Assembly: GCA_041891055.1 (NCBI GenBank)
Contig: CP169074.1
Location: 96,001 to 160,000 of the forward strand
DNA from: Halorutilales archaeon Cl-col2-1
GTDB taxonomy: Archaea; Halobacteriota; Halobacteria; Halobacteriales; Afararchaeaceae
Direction of reading: 5' to 3'
DNA: 64,000 bases
The notes below the pieces were generated by a model, which saw only the letters and a list, made by a program, of their open reading frames with translations, ran no database searches and had not been told where the DNA came from. This document shows positions 28,325-38,733 of this stretch, one piece after another. A program made the translations under genes and the position numbers. How positions within the stretch are numbered: position 1 is the first letter of the stretch; each line of letters opens with the position of its first letter.

Positions 28325-30073
28325 ATGGCTGTCGAGTCGGCACCTGCGACCGATCTGGCTATGATAATAGTAATAGCCACAGGCGTCGGCTTCGTCGCGC
28401 GCCGGACGGGACAGCCTACGATAATCGCTTACATACTCACTGGACTTCTCCTTGGACCACCCGTACTCGGAGCCGTAACCCCGAGCGACCTCACGGAGTT
28501 GATGTCGGAACTCGGACTTGCCTTCCTCCTCTTCTTACTCGGTATCAAGATGAGGATCGAAGATATCAGACACGTACTCTCGCCCGTAGTTAGGGTCTCT
28601 ATCCCTCAGATGCTACTCGTCGCAGCCGCGGGAGCCGTCACAGCAGTCGGTCTCGGCTTCAGTCTCATCGAGTCGGCTCTGATAGGCGCGGCTGTGACAT
28701 ACAGCTCGACGGCGGTCGTCATCAAGATGCTCACAGACAACGACGAAGCCACGACGCTCCCCGGGAAGATCGACATAGGCGTACTTCTGGTACAGGACAT
28801 CGCCGTGGTGGTTCTCCTCGCTCTTCTCTCGACCGGTGGAACCCGTGGAGTCACCGATACGGCTCTCAAACTCGTCACAGTACTCGTCCTAATAGCCCTC
28901 ATAGGCGTGATCTCTATGGCTTCCTCGCGTTACCTCCTTCCGGGGGTCTTCCGGCGGGTCGCCGATGACAAGGAGGTCTTCCTCGTAGTCTCGATAGGAT
29001 GGGCATTCCTCTTCATACTCGTGTCTCTCCGGCTCGGTCTCTCGGTTGAGATAGGCGCGTTTCTCGCGGGGGTCGCTATCGCACAGCTACCCTACAGCAC
29101 CGAGCTACAGGATCGGATAACCCCTCTCACCGACCTCTTCATACTCGTCTTCTTCGCGTCGGTCGGTCTCGGACTCGAAGCTTCGGATCTCACCGCGTAT
29201 CTCGGGGAGGCAGCCGTCGCCTCAGCCGTACTCGTACTCGTCAAGTTCGTGGTCTTCTTCGTACTTATCGGATCACAGGACTTCAGCCTCGAAACTACCT
29301 TCCTCGGGAGCATATATATGGTACAGGTCAGTGAGTTCGCGCTCGTCCTCGGCGCGGTCGCAGTCTCCGAGGGTCTGATAGACGAGGGGGTTCTCGGATT
29401 CTTGAGTCTCGTCGCCGTCTTTACGATGGTCTTCTCCGTCTATGCCATAAAGTACAGCCACAGTCTCTACGACTTAGTCTCGCCGTGGCTCTCTGACTTC
29501 CGTGACTGGGACGGCAGGGAGGAGGTCTCCACCGAACACGAGTCACACGCCGTCGCAGTGGGCTTCGACAGGCTCACCGAGGACGTACTACCCATACTAC
29601 AGGACAGTTATGGAGACGTCGTCGTCATAGACCGGAAGACGAGCCACATACAACAGCTAAGAGCTGAGGGGAAGTACGACTACGTCTTCGGTGACCTCCG
29701 CCATACCAAGGTGCGTAAGGAAGCGAATCTCAAGAAAGCCGCCTTCGTCCTGAGTTCGAGCGTCGAGACCGACGTCAACAGAACCATAGTCGAGGAGACT
29801 CCCGACGACACGACTGTCTTCGTAGAAGCCGAGCGCACCGACGACGCCATCCAACTCTACAACGCTGGTGTCGACTACGTCATAATGAGCACACATCTTG
29901 CGGCGGAGAAGGTCTCGGGCTACCTGGAGTCCTACTTCGAGTCGCGCGACGCCTTCTTCGACGCAGTACGGCACGATGTAGACTTGATACGCAGGGGAGA
30001 CGTGCCATCTGAGACAGATACTGGTTCTGATCCGGACGGGACTGTCGAAGCCGGAGGTGGTGACAGTGGCTGA
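28325..30073 (+). CDS. CPA2 cation:proton antiporter with KTN/TrkA-N domain (Kef-type)
   Basis: SSTAVVIK, LLVQD, GAFLAG and QVSEF motifs; C-terminal Rossmann-like domain. Confidence 0.9.
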   Translation: MAVESAPATDLAMIIVIATGVGFVARRTGQPTIIAYILTGLLLGPPVLGAVTPSDLTELMSELGLAFLLFLLGIKMRIEDIRHVLSPVVRVSIPQMLLVAAAGAVTAVGLGFSLIESALIGAAVTYSSTAVVIKMLTDNDEATTLPGKIDIGVLLVQDIAVVVLLALLSTGGTRGVTDTALKLVTVLVLIALIGVISMASSRYLLPGVFRRVADDKEVFLVVSIGWAFLFILVSLRLGLSVEIGAFLAGVAIAQLPYSTELQDRITPLTDLFILVFFASVGLGLEASDLTAYLGEAAVASAVLVLVKFVVFFVLIGSQDFSLETTFLGSIYMVQVSEFALVLGAVAVSEGLIDEGVLGFLSLVAVFTMVFSVYAIKYSHSLYDLVSPWLSDFRDWDGREEVSTEHESHAVAVGFDRLTEDVLPILQDSYGDVVVIDRKTSHIQQLRAEGKYDYVFGDLRHTKVRKEANLKKAAFVLSSSVETDVNRTIVEETPDDTTVFVEAERTDDAIQLYNAGVDYVIMSTHLAAEKVSGYLESYFESRDAFFDAVRHDVDLIRRGDVPSETDTGSDPDGTVEAGGGDSG

Positions 30074-31736
30074 GTCCGAAATACTGACAGCACTCGGCGT
30101 AATCTTCGTGGGAGCGGGGGCGACACTCCTCGTCACGAGCCGTCTCCCGGTGTCGAGCCTCCCGTTATACATACTCGTCGGAATGGCTGTGAGTCCTTTC
30201 GTCGACCACACGACTCTCCTTGACCTCGCACGGTGGGGGATAGCCTTCTTAGTCTTCGTCCTCGCGACACGGATCGAGTTCGAGGCTGTCTCGTCTGTCT
30301 TCCGTGACATAGAGCTTGCCACGCTGACACAGATCGCCGTCGTGGGACCTCTAGGATTCGGTATCGGATACTTCGTCTTCGGTCTCGACCTCCTTTCCTC
30401 AGTCTACTTCGCCGTCGCCGGTACACTGAGTTCGACCCTCGTGGGGGGCAAGTACTTCGAGACCTCGGGAGGATACAGACTCATACACGACAGACTCTCG
30501 TCGTCTATACATCTCTTCGACGACCTCGTAGCAGTCGGCGTCCTTCTCGTCCTCTCAGCTGAGACTTACAGCCCCGACGCCGTCGCAGCCAATATAGGAT
30601 ACGGAGCCGTTATCCTACTCGTCGCTGCCTTCGTCTACCGGTACGTCTTCGGTCTCCTAGTACGTCTCGCTGAGGGCTCCGACGAGCTAGTTCTAATGGG
30701 ATCTATCTCTGTACTGTTTGTCTTTCTCACCGCCGCGGAGTTCTCGGGTGTTTCTCCCGTCGTGGGTGCCTTCGCCGGAGGGGTAGCCGTCAGACGTGAC
30801 TCGACACAGACCATCGATGTCTTCAACGGAATCCAGTCTATTAGGGACTTCTTCGTCACCGTCTTCTTCGTGACACTAGGAGCACTCGTCGAGGTTCCTA
30901 CCTTCGAAGTCGTAGTCTGGGCGTTCTCACTCGTCGTATTAGTCCTCGTCGTGAACCCCGCGATCACAGTCCTCGCACTCGTCTATGAGGGCTACGACGC
31001 CCGAACAGCGCATCTCGTGGGTGCGAGCACCGACCAGGTCAGCGAGATGTCTCTCATAATAGCCATAGAGGGCTTCCTAGTGGGAAGCCTAGGAGCCGAT
31101 GTCTTCGACTCTATCATAATAGCTGCGTCTGTCACAATGATTCTCACCTCGGTGGTTCGTAGCTACGAGAGATCCTTCTACGAAGACGTTGCTGAGAGCC
31201 TCATACCCGGGAGACAGATGGAGAAGATCGACCGGAGGAGCCATGTCGAGGACGTCTCAAACCACGTCGTAGTCGTGGGATACGGACGTCAGGGTAGATA
31301 TATAACTCAAGTCTGTGAGAGACACGACCGTGACTACGTCGTGGTAGAGAACGATCCCCTTCTCTGGGACGAAATACGTCTGACTTCCGGCAGCTACGTC
31401 TTCGGTGACGCACTCACCGACTACTCGTGGGAGAAAGCAGAAATCACAGACGCCGATCTGGTTGTCTCGACCGCCGATAACCCCGAGACCTCCGAGAAGA
31501 TACTCGGTCTCGACACATCCGCCGACGTGGTTCTCCGTTCGAGATCGGTCGAGAACGCGAGGAGATGGCTCGACGAGGGTGCCACCTACGTCGCAGTCCC
31601 CGACTTGGTCGCCTCCGAACAGCTGATCGACCATGTCGAGTCGGTAGTTGGAGGAGAGAAGGACGCCGACGAGCTACGTGACTCTCATCTCAGAGAGATA
31701 CTTAAATCGGGTCTCCGTAACGTCAGTCGTGGTTAG
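30066..31736 (+). CDS. Second Kef-type cation:proton antiporter
   Basis: LSSTLV, GAFAGG, QVSEMS and VVGYGRQG; SD ggaggtgg upstream; overlaps the end of the first copy. Confidence 0.85.
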   Translation: MAESEILTALGVIFVGAGATLLVTSRLPVSSLPLYILVGMAVSPFVDHTTLLDLARWGIAFLVFVLATRIEFEAVSSVFRDIELATLTQIAVVGPLGFGIGYFVFGLDLLSSVYFAVAGTLSSTLVGGKYFETSGGYRLIHDRLSSSIHLFDDLVAVGVLLVLSAETYSPDAVAANIGYGAVILLVAAFVYRYVFGLLVRLAEGSDELVLMGSISVLFVFLTAAEFSGVSPVVGAFAGGVAVRRDSTQTIDVFNGIQSIRDFFVTVFFVTLGALVEVPTFEVVVWAFSLVVLVLVVNPAITVLALVYEGYDARTAHLVGASTDQVSEMSLIIAIEGFLVGSLGADVFDSIIIAASVTMILTSVVRSYERSFYEDVAESLIPGRQMEKIDRRSHVEDVSNHVVVVGYGRQGRYITQVCERHDRDYVVVENDPLLWDEIRLTSGSYVFGDALTDYSWEKAEITDADLVVSTADNPETSEKILGLDTSADVVLRSRSVENARRWLDEGATYVAVPDLVASEQLIDHVESVVGGEKDADELRDSHLREILKSGLRNVSRG

Positions 31737-31952
31737 GTTGGGACACGTCGATATTCTCGGGGTCAATCTTTAGAATATGGGATACACGACGTTTCAGGCG
31801 ACCCAATCTGGAGAGACGTACAAGTTATTTTAAAGTTGTGGTTATAATGGGGCTCTATGGATCAATATCTTTATATACTTCTCTATAATTTACTAAACTG
31901 CGAGAGAGCTAACCGGAGAAGTTTGGAATATCTAAAATAATAGAGGACAAAA

Positions 31953-33290
31953 ATGACGACTGTGAACGAAGCGCTCGAAACGATAGAGGAAGAGGACGTA
32001 GACTTTCTGCGTCTCCAGTTTACGGACATCTTAGGAGTAGTAAAGAACGTATCGATACCCGCCGACCAAGCGGAGAAGGCGTTCGAGGAGGGTATCTGGT
32101 TCGACGGATCGTCGATAGACGGATTCGTGAGGATACAGGAGTCGGACATGCGTCTCGACCCCGACCCCGAGACATTCGCCATACTCCCCTGGAAGCACAA
32201 AGAGAGCGGAGCGAAGACAGCACGTCTCATCTGTGACGTCAAGAACATGGACGGAGAGCCCTTCGAGGGCGATCCGCGTTATGTTCTTAAGAGGGCACTT
32301 GACAGGGCAGAGGAGATGGGATTCGACACTGTCAACGTAGGACCCGAGCCCGAGTTCTTCGCCTTCGAGACGGACGAGGACGGCAACGGTACGACAGAGC
32401 CCCACGACTCGGGAGGCTACTTCGATCTCGCGCCGAAGGACATGGCGAGCGAGCTCCGACGTGACATGATATTCGCGTTAGAGGAGATGGGATTCGACAT
32501 AGAGGCTAGCCACCACGAGGTCGCCGAGGGACAGCACGAGATCGACTTCAAGTACGACGGCGGTCTCACGACTGCCGACAACATAGCCACGTTCCGCTCG
32601 GTCGTGAGGGCGGTCGCCGAGCTAAACGACGTACACGCGACCTTCATGCCCAAGCCCATAGCGGGAATCAACGGAAGCGGAATGCACACACATCTCTCGC
32701 TCTTCGACGACGACGGAAACGCATTCCACGACCCCGACGACGAGTTCGGTCTCTCCGACACGGCGAAGTCGTTCCTCGCCGGACTTCTCGAACACGCACC
32801 CGCCATCACGGCGATCTGTAACCCGACAGTCAACTCGTACAAACGTCTCGTGCCGGGATACGAGGCTCCCGTCTACATAGCGTGGAGCGACGTCAACCGT
32901 TCGGCTCTGATACGTAAGCCCGCCGCACGTACGCCCGCGGCGTCACGTATAGAGCTACGTTCACCTGATCCGTCTTCGAATCCGTACCTCGCGCTCGCGG
33001 TCATGCTCCACGCCGGACTCGACGGAATTGAGAAAGGACTCGAAGCTCCCGATCCTGTCAGGGAGAACATCTACGAGTTCGACGAGGAGAAACGCGAGGA
33101 GTACGGCATCGACACTCTTCCCCCTAACCTCAAGGAAGCTGTCGACGCCCTCGAAGAAGACGACGTCATACTCGACGCGCTCGGCGACCACGTCTCCGAG
33201 AAGTTCATACAGGCGAAGAGACACGAGTGGGACGAGTACAAGATGCAGGTCTCCGACTGGGAGACCGACAGGTATCTCGAGACGTTCTGA
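31953..33290 (+). CDS. glnA: Glutamine synthetase type I
   Basis: [28 protein letters not shown]...[16 protein letters not shown] and RIELRSPD. Confidence 0.98.
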   Translation: MTTVNEALETIEEEDVDFLRLQFTDILGVVKNVSIPADQAEKAFEEGIWFDGSSIDGFVRIQESDMRLDPDPETFAILPWKHKESGAKTARLICDVKNMDGEPFEGDPRYVLKRALDRAEEMGFDTVNVGPEPEFFAFETDEDGNGTTEPHDSGGYFDLAPKDMASELRRDMIFALEEMGFDIEASHHEVAEGQHEIDFKYDGGLTTADNIATFRSVVRAVAELNDVHATFMPKPIAGINGSGMHTHLSLFDDDGNAFHDPDDEFGLSDTAKSFLAGLLEHAPAITAICNPTVNSYKRLVPGYEAPVYIAWSDVNRSALIRKPAARTPAASRIELRSPDPSSNPYLALAVMLHAGLDGIEKGLEAPDPVRENIYEFDEEKREEYGIDTLPPNLKEAVDALEEDDVILDALGDHVSEKFIQAKRHEWDEYKMQVSDWETDRYLETF

Positions 33291-33305
33291 CACTGACCGC
33301 TTGAG

Positions 33306-34610
33306 CTACCCACCGCTAAAGCGGTGGGATTCAGCGTGGACTCCCGTTCTGGCCGACTCATCGTCGGCAGGAGAATAGCCTCCGTTCACGTTCATCGTCC
33401 CGCTGTTCAAGCGCACGCCCAAGGGTGCGCCTCCGTCGCCCCCAGTTTGGTTGCGACGGAGATACCGTAACCCGATGTTCTTCGCAGCGTTGTAATCCGC
33501 GTGATTTTCATACCCGCACTTCAGACACTCGAAGTCTTCGTCCTCGCGGTTGTCTGGGTGCGTGAACCCACACTCAGAGCAACGTCGTGAGGTATTTTCA
33601 GGGTCAACCTGCTCGACCGTGATGCCGTATTCTTCGGCCTTGTACTCAACGTACTCGTACAGTCGGTCAAACGCCCACTTGTGCCCCCACGACGCGCCAG
33701 TCCGCTCACGAATGTCGGTCAAGTCCTCGAACGCTATCACCGAACACTCGTTCTCACGAGCCTCCGCGACCAATTCGTTGCTGATGCGGTGCAGCATCAG
33801 CTTGAATCGGCCTTCCTCTTTCCGTCCGACTGACTGGATGTTCTGGTGTGCCCAGCGCGTGCCGCACTGTTGGAGCGACCCACGCCGTTTCTCGTATTCT
33901 CTGCGCCAGTGGTCGAATTCGTCGCCAGTCCAGAACGTACCCGTCGAGGCGACAGCGAGGTTGTTCACGCCGAGGTCAACCCCGAGAACCGTTCGCAAAT
34001 CTTCGATTTGCGAGCCATCGAAGCTCCCGCTTCGAGACGTTCCGTTCTCGGTGGTTGCCTGTTCCGACGTGTCGGACTCCACGTCCCGCTTGCAGTGGAC
34101 GTGAAGCACCCAGTCGCCGTCTTGGTAGTGCAGTTCCGCACCCGTCGTTTCGTATTCGTTGGAGAACAGGTATTCCGAGTGCGGCGTGTCGCTATCCTCG
34201 TCGGGCAGAATGTAGTCGGCTTCGATACGACCGTCGGTCGTAGCGAGGCTCACGTAGTCGTCGTGGAACGTCGCGGTGCGGTGGTCGAAGACGACGTGCG
34301 GACTGGTGAACGTCGGCTTAGACGCTTTCTTTCCGGTTTTCCACCGTTCAACCACGCTTTTGCAGGCTTCAGCGGCCTTGTTTCGAGCAGCTTGTACCAG
34401 CCCACCGTTGAAGCCGCCAGTGGCTTCTCGCACATCGTCGTAGGTTTCGTCGTCCAGCGTGGTCTTGCTGGTGGTGACGTACTCGCCTTGGAAAGCGTGG
34501 TCTACGACGTACTGAGCGCACCAAAGAAACGTGTCTACGGTGTCTTCGAGGAGTGCGGCGTCGTCACTGTCTACATCGAGCGCAACGGGGACAGTACGCC
34601 GCACCTCCAT
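33306..34610 (-). CDS. tnpB: RNA-guided endonuclease TnpB
   Basis: RuvC motifs GVDLG, AFEDL and ADYNAAKNI; CSECG...CLKCG Zn finger. Confidence 0.93.
   Translation of the reverse strand: MEVRRTVPVALDVDSDDAALLEDTVDTFLWCAQYVVDHAFQGEYVTTSKTTLDDETYDDVREATGGFNGGLVQAARNKAAEACKSVVERWKTGKKASKPTFTSPHVVFDHRTATFHDDYVSLATTDGRIEADYILPDEDSDTPHSEYLFSNEYETTGAELHYQDGDWVLHVHCKRDVESDTSEQATTENGTSRSGSFDGSQIEDLRTVLGVDLGVNNLAVASTGTFWTGDEFDHWRREYEKRRGSLQQCGTRWAHQNIQSVGRKEEGRFKLMLHRISNELVAEARENECSVIAFEDLTDIRERTGASWGHKWAFDRLYEYVEYKAEEYGITVEQVDPENTSRRCSECGFTHPDNREDEDFECLKCGYENHADYNAAKNIGLRYLRRNQTGGDGGAPLGVRLNSGTMNVNGGYSPADDESARTGVHAESHRFSGG
33995..34042. repeat. 48-bp double-hairpin insertion within tnpB
   Basis: tcgcaaatc-ttc-gatttgcga and tcgaagc-tccc-gcttcga, bracketed by a cgttc duplication. 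Confidence 0.75.
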
Positions 34611-34703
34611 ATCTTATATGTAGAACGGGTAGTTCTTAAACATTGGGGAGTCGGCCTGCTACTGGAGCGTGGTTTGATTCCCAGTTGTCGGCTTCATTCC
34701 ACG

Positions 34704-34759
34704 TTCACAAGACCGAAGGTCTTGTGCAGCCCACCAGAACGCGAAGCGTTCTGGGGACG
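34704..34759. repeat. 56-bp double-hairpin insertion in the IS left-end hairpin
   Basis: cacaagacc-gaa-ggtcttgtg and ccagaacgc-gaa-gcgttctgg with an acg duplication; removing it restores ccacggctaaagccgtgg. Confidence 0.75.
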
Positions 34760-34833
34760 GCTAAAGCCGTGGGTTTTCGCCTCGTGCTTTCTATAACACA
34801 CTTTTTTTCTTCCGCGCCGAGAAACACCGAGTA

Positions 34834-35163
34834 ATGGCGTTAGTCGACAGGGTGTTACAGGTCGTGGGCTTCGTTCTGATGAACTCCGGGTTCCTGTACC
34901 TAGGCGTGCGTTTCTCGATGGGTGACGCGAGCATCAAGAAGAGTCTCGCCATCTCTCTCGCAGTCGCGGTCACCGCGGGAGCCGTCTACCTCGCGTCGCC
35001 TCCGGGTGTATTAGGAGTCCTCGGAGTCTTAGTCGTGACCTACATAGCCGTACAGACAGCATACGACCTGAGTAACGCGAGAACAGCCCTAGCTCTGATA
35101 GCTTACTTCGTCCTGACCCTCGCGGGCGGAATTATAGGAAGGAATCTACTGTCTCTGGTCTGA
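34834..35163 (+). CDS. Small hypothetical membrane protein (about 4 TM)
   Basis: Hydrophobic 109-aa ORF filling the gap; host-like codon use. Confidence 0.7.
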   Translation: MALVDRVLQVVGFVLMNSGFLYLGVRFSMGDASIKKSLAISLAVAVTAGAVYLASPPGVLGVLGVLVVTYIAVQTAYDLSNARTALALIAYFVLTLAGGIIGRNLLSLV

Positions 35164-35167
35164 CTGA

Positions 35168-36016
35168 CTACCGCACCATTCTCTCTATCGGCACGACGAG
35201 TACGTCCTGTGCGCCCTCCTGTTTGACGAGGTTGATCGTCTCGTAGATCTCCGACTCGTCGACGACTGCGTGGACAGCCACCATCCCTTCCTCACCCTCG
35301 ACCTCCATGACAGTGGGTCCTCCGAGACCGGGTATGACCTCCTCGACGTCTTCGAGTGAGTCGTCGGGGACGTTCATCATTATGTACCTCTTGCCCTCAG
35401 CCTGAATTACGCTCCGTATCGCGTTCTCGACCTCCTGAACCTTGGAGTCGTCGGCGGAGTCGGGACGCGCGAAGAGCTTGACGCTTGACTTGAGAACCTC
35501 GTCTATTATCCCGAGACGGTTGACCTCTAAGGTCGTTCCGGTGCTCGTGATGTCGACTATAGCGTCCGCCATGCCGACGTGTGGTGTGAGCTCTGTCGCA
35601 CCGCTGACCTCTACGAGTTCGACGTCGACACCCTTGTCGTCGAAGTAGTCCTCGGTGACGTTCGGGAACTCGGTCGCGACCTTCCTGCCTTCGAGATCCT
35701 CGACGGAGTCTATGTCGCCTTCCTCGGGCGAGGCGAGTACGAGACGGCAGTCTCCGTATCCGAGATCGAGAAGAGATTCGAGGTTAGTGCGTGACTCACG
35801 TTCCTGGTCGAGTCCCGTAATTCCTATGTCGGCGGCACCGTCTCTGACGTACTCGGGTATGTCGCTCGCCCTCGCGTATATAACCGTAATATCGGGATCG
35901 ACCGTCTTCGCATAGAGCTTCCTGTCGGCTCCGTTCTGTATCTGGAGACCCGCCTTCTCCAGAAGCTCGACGGTCGGCTCGTGGAGGCGTCCCTTGTTGG
36001 GAATCGCAATTCTCAT
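35168..36016 (-). CDS. hisG: ATP phosphoribosyltransferase (long form)
   Basis: [28 protein letters not shown] and PGLGGPTV. Confidence 0.96.
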   Translation of the reverse strand: MRIAIPNKGRLHEPTVELLEKAGLQIQNGADRKLYAKTVDPDITVIYARASDIPEYVRDGAADIGITGLDQERESRTNLESLLDLGYGDCRLVLASPEEGDIDSVEDLEGRKVATEFPNVTEDYFDDKGVDVELVEVSGATELTPHVGMADAIVDITSTGTTLEVNRLGIIDEVLKSSVKLFARPDSADDSKVQEVENAIRSVIQAEGKRYIMMNVPDDSLEDVEEVIPGLGGPTVMEVEGEEGMVAVHAVVDESEIYETINLVKQEGAQDVLVVPIERMVR

Positions 36017-36083
36017 TGTGTTACAAGAGAGGATTCTTCGGACTTAAGGGTACTCTATTAGGTCTATGTCCGTCTATGTACGA

Positions 36084-36737
36084 CTAAGCACCCGTCACGA
36101 GGTCTAACATAGCTTCCTTCGGGTCGTCCGCCTTCACGACTCCGCTCGCGACTAAGACGCCCTCAGCACCGAGTTCGAGAGCCGCCTCTACGTCTTCCCC
36201 CGATGATATACCCGCGCCACACAGGAGATCGGCATCGGAGTGTTCCTCGACCGCCTCGGCGGCGTCCCTCACAACGCCGGGATCAGCCTGACTAACCGGC
36301 GTACCCGTTCCTATGAGTTCGGGCGGTTCGACTGCGACGTAGTCGGGTTCGAGAACCGAAGCCGCGCCAGACTGTCTCGGGTTGTTCGCACAGACGACTG
36401 TTTCTAAGTCCTCTCTTTCGGCGGCTCTCAACGATCCGTCTATGTCGGCGAGCTTGAGACGGTTTTCCGAGTGGTTGATAAGGGTTCCGCTCGCTCCCGC
36501 CTCGGCGACGCCTTCGGCTAGGATGCTTCCCGTGTTACTCCCGGGCTCTACGGGGTCGACGTGTTCGGCGAATGTCTCACATCCCGTCTCGGCGACCCTG
36601 TGTATGTCGGAGGGCTGTGGCGAGACGACGACACGTGCTCCGTTCTCGTCGGAGACTTCGACGGCTGCCTCTCCTATCTCACGCGCCTTCTCGCCTGTGC
36701 CCGCTGCGTAGGTCTTGAGGTTGACTATCAGAAACAT
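36084..36737 (-). CDS. tpiA: Triosephosphate isomerase (archaeal type)
   Basis: [22 protein letters not shown] and LVASGVVKA. Confidence 0.96.
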   Translation of the reverse strand: MFLIVNLKTYAAGTGEKAREIGEAAVEVSDENGARVVVSPQPSDIHRVAETGCETFAEHVDPVEPGSNTGSILAEGVAEAGASGTLINHSENRLKLADIDGSLRAAEREDLETVVCANNPRQSGAASVLEPDYVAVEPPELIGTGTPVSQADPGVVRDAAEAVEEHSDADLLCGAGISSGEDVEAALELGAEGVLVASGVVKADDPKEAMLDLVTGA

Positions 36738-36767
36738 ATACTATACTACCGAAAATATACCGAGTGA

Positions 36768-37283
36768 CTAACTGTCTTTCCTTTCGACGATATCGCCGAG
36801 CGTGTATCCGTCGGAGCTACCCTCCGAAGACCAGTCTCCCTCGCTGACTCCTTCCTCCGTGAGCTCGATTTCGAGGCTCGACTCTAGCTTCTGTCTCACC
36901 TTCTCGTCGGGTCTCATGTCGCCCTTCTCTATCTTTCTCACGAGGCTGACCTTCTCGTTGATCTCGTCTGCGAAGTCCTCCTGACTAAGACCCTTTGACT
37001 CGCGTGCGTTTCTTACCTTATCGTCGTAGTCGGCGGCTAGTGTGCCTATCTCGTCGAAGAGATCGCGGTTACGTCCCCCACTACTTGACTTGCTCCTTGT
37101 GGAGGTTGTACTCTTATTCTGGCTCTGACTCTCTGCCTGACTTGAACTCTGGCTCTCTGTCTCCGTCTCGTCGTGAAGGACGGTGCCGAACTCCTCACAG
37201 TTAGAACAGACACGTAGCTTGCTGCCCTCTATACGTATGACGCTCGGATCCTGTGTCTCGGCACCACACATCTCACACTGCAA
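36768..37283 (-). CDS. mbf1: Multiprotein bridging factor aMBF1
   Basis: CEMCG...VCSNC Zn ribbon, HTH and TLGDIV tail; TTG start. Confidence 0.92.
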   Translation of the reverse strand: MQCEMCGAETQDPSVIRIEGSKLRVCSNCEEFGTVLHDETETESQSSSQAESQSQNKSTTSTRSKSSSGGRNRDLFDEIGTLAADYDDKVRNARESKGLSQEDFADEINEKVSLVRKIEKGDMRPDEKVRQKLESSLEIELTEEGVSEGDWSSEGSSDGYTLGDIVERKDS

Positions 37284-37326
37284 TTAGGTTCACCGACTCA
37301 GCCTACGTCTTCGAGACGTATAAATA

Positions 37327-37701
37327 TTATCGGGCGATCTTGTCGCGGCTAATCGAGACACCGCGCGGGGCTATGATGATCTGATCCTCGCCCTTCTGGA
37401 CTATGTCGCCGCCGACCTCGTCGGTGACATCCCTGAACTCCTCCATTATACGTTCTGTCTTCGACTCGTTTGACCTGAAGTAGGATATGTCGGCGACTAC
37501 GAGGTCTCCGTCGTATATCAGGTCCTTGACGTCCATTATCCCCTCACGTCCCGTGAGCTCTGCTATATGTACGGTCATGTCTGCGTCACCCGTCTCGCCC
37601 ATCTCGTACTTTTCGAGGTCGAGCTCCACGTACTCGTTGTGAGACCCGCGACCCCCGTTCCTCGTGGAACCTTCTCCGAGAAGCTTGTCTACTATACCCA
37701 T
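37327..37701 (-). CDS. sepF: Cell division protein SepF
   Basis: N-terminal amphipathic MGIVDKLLG, EYVELDL and GGDIVQKGEDQIIIAP. Confidence 0.88.
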   Translation of the reverse strand: MGIVDKLLGEGSTRNGGRGSHNEYVELDLEKYEMGETGDADMTVHIAELTGREGIMDVKDLIYDGDLVVADISYFRSNESKTERIMEEFRDVTDEVGGDIVQKGEDQIIIAPRGVSISRDKIAR

Positions 37702-37764
37702 ACTACGGATTTTGTACTTACTAACATTAATCCTTCGTCAGACGCCTGACAGACCCCTGACAGT

Positions 37765-38241
37765 TCATGGTTCGAACTCCCAGATCTCGTCGCCTACGTG
37801 GTGGAGGCTCTCGACGACCTTACCCTCGTCTCCCACCATGTCGTCGCCCGGTGTCAGACCGCGTCCTACCGCGAGAGGCTTGTCGTGGTTCTCCTCCTTC
37901 ACGACTACGAGGTCTCCCTCATCGATGCCGCCGTCGGCTTCGACGACTCCCGGACGCATCACGTCTGCGCCGTTCGTCACGAACTCGACCGCACCCGCGT
38001 CGACTGTGACTGTCGCCTTCTCGGGACGGAGTTCGAGTGCCCCCTTGACAGTCACGAAGTACTCGCCGTCGAACCTCATTATAAGTGGCTCTCCGTCGGC
38101 GAGAAGCAGGTCGTAGTCCTCCTCAAGCTCTATCTGTTCGAGACGGTAGTCACCGAGGTCGACGTCGAGCTTCTCTTCAATGCTCGACTTGATCTCGTCC
38201 GCCTCGTCCTCACGCAGATAATGCCTCGATCTTACCTCCAT
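37765..38241 (-). CDS. DUF1947 plus PUA domain RNA-binding protein
   Basis: VDAGAVEFVTNGADVMRPGV and HHVGDEIW. Confidence 0.9.
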   Translation of the reverse strand: MEVRSRHYLREDEADEIKSSIEEKLDVDLGDYRLEQIELEEDYDLLLADGEPLIMRFDGEYFVTVKGALELRPEKATVTVDAGAVEFVTNGADVMRPGVVEADGGIDEGDLVVVKEENHDKPLAVGRGLTPGDDMVGDEGKVVESLHHVGDEIWEFEP

Positions 38242-38313
38242 ATCCGATAGACATCTCACGAATTCATAAAACGTTCGACAGTATTAAGTCGCAACAAGGT
38301 TTAGTAGGGTGCA

Positions 38314-38532
38314 ATGCAAGAGATGCCACTCGACGTCCTGGAGGATCACGTCGACTCTCAGGTAGTAGTACGTCTCAAGGACGGCGAACGTTTCGTGGGG
38401 ACGCTTACGAGCTTCGATCAGCACATGAACGTAGTCCTCGATCCTCTTGAGTCCGAAGGAGTCGAGGAGTACACTCACGTCGAAGACACAACCGTTATAC
38501 GAGGAGACAACGTTGTCTCCATTAGACTCTAA
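38314..38532 (+). CDS. lsm: Sm-like (Lsm) protein
   Basis: [14 protein letters not shown] (Sm1) and IRGDNV (Sm2); upstream of rpl37e. Confidence 0.93.
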   Translation: MQEMPLDVLEDHVDSQVVVRLKDGERFVGTLTSFDQHMNVVLDPLESEGVEEYTHVEDTTVIRGDNVVSIRL

Positions 38533-38546
38533 ACAGGTGTCACACA

Positions 38547-38720
38547 ATGGGAAAAGGAACACCAACACAGGGCAAACGTAACAAGAAGACTCACGTGAAG
38601 TGCAGGAGATGCGGAGAGAAGAGCTACCATCTCAAGAAGGAGAGATGCTCAAGCTGTGGCTTCGGAAAGTCATCGAAACAGAGATCGTATAACTGGCAGG
38701 ACAAGACGGGAGACAACTGA
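38547..38720 (+). CDS. rpl37e: 50S ribosomal protein L37e
   Basis: Not in the ORF track (57 aa): [42 protein letters not shown]... Confidence 0.96.
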   Translation: MGKGTPTQGKRNKKTHVKCRRCGEKSYHLKKERCSSCGFGKSSKQRSYNWQDKTGDN

Positions 38721-38733
38721 CTCCTTTTATTTT

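Larger units (their letters stand above)
33301..34792 (-). mobile_element. IS200/IS605 family, IS1341-type element (TnpB only)
   Basis: On the minus strand it starts after TTAT (34796-34793). Subterminal hairpins lie at both ends (cccaccgctaaagcggtggg at 33309-33328) and it ends TCAA (33304-33301). No TnpA. Confidence 0.88.

Noticed and set aside
31737-31952. AT-rich 215-bp region upstream of glnA as an ncRNA or NrpR operator
   Set aside because: No GGAA-N6-TTCC site or convincing stem is visible; it is most simply a promoter region.
33306-34610. TnpB as a catalytically dead, domesticated regulator
   Set aside because: All three RuvC acidic residues and both IS ends are present in both copies.
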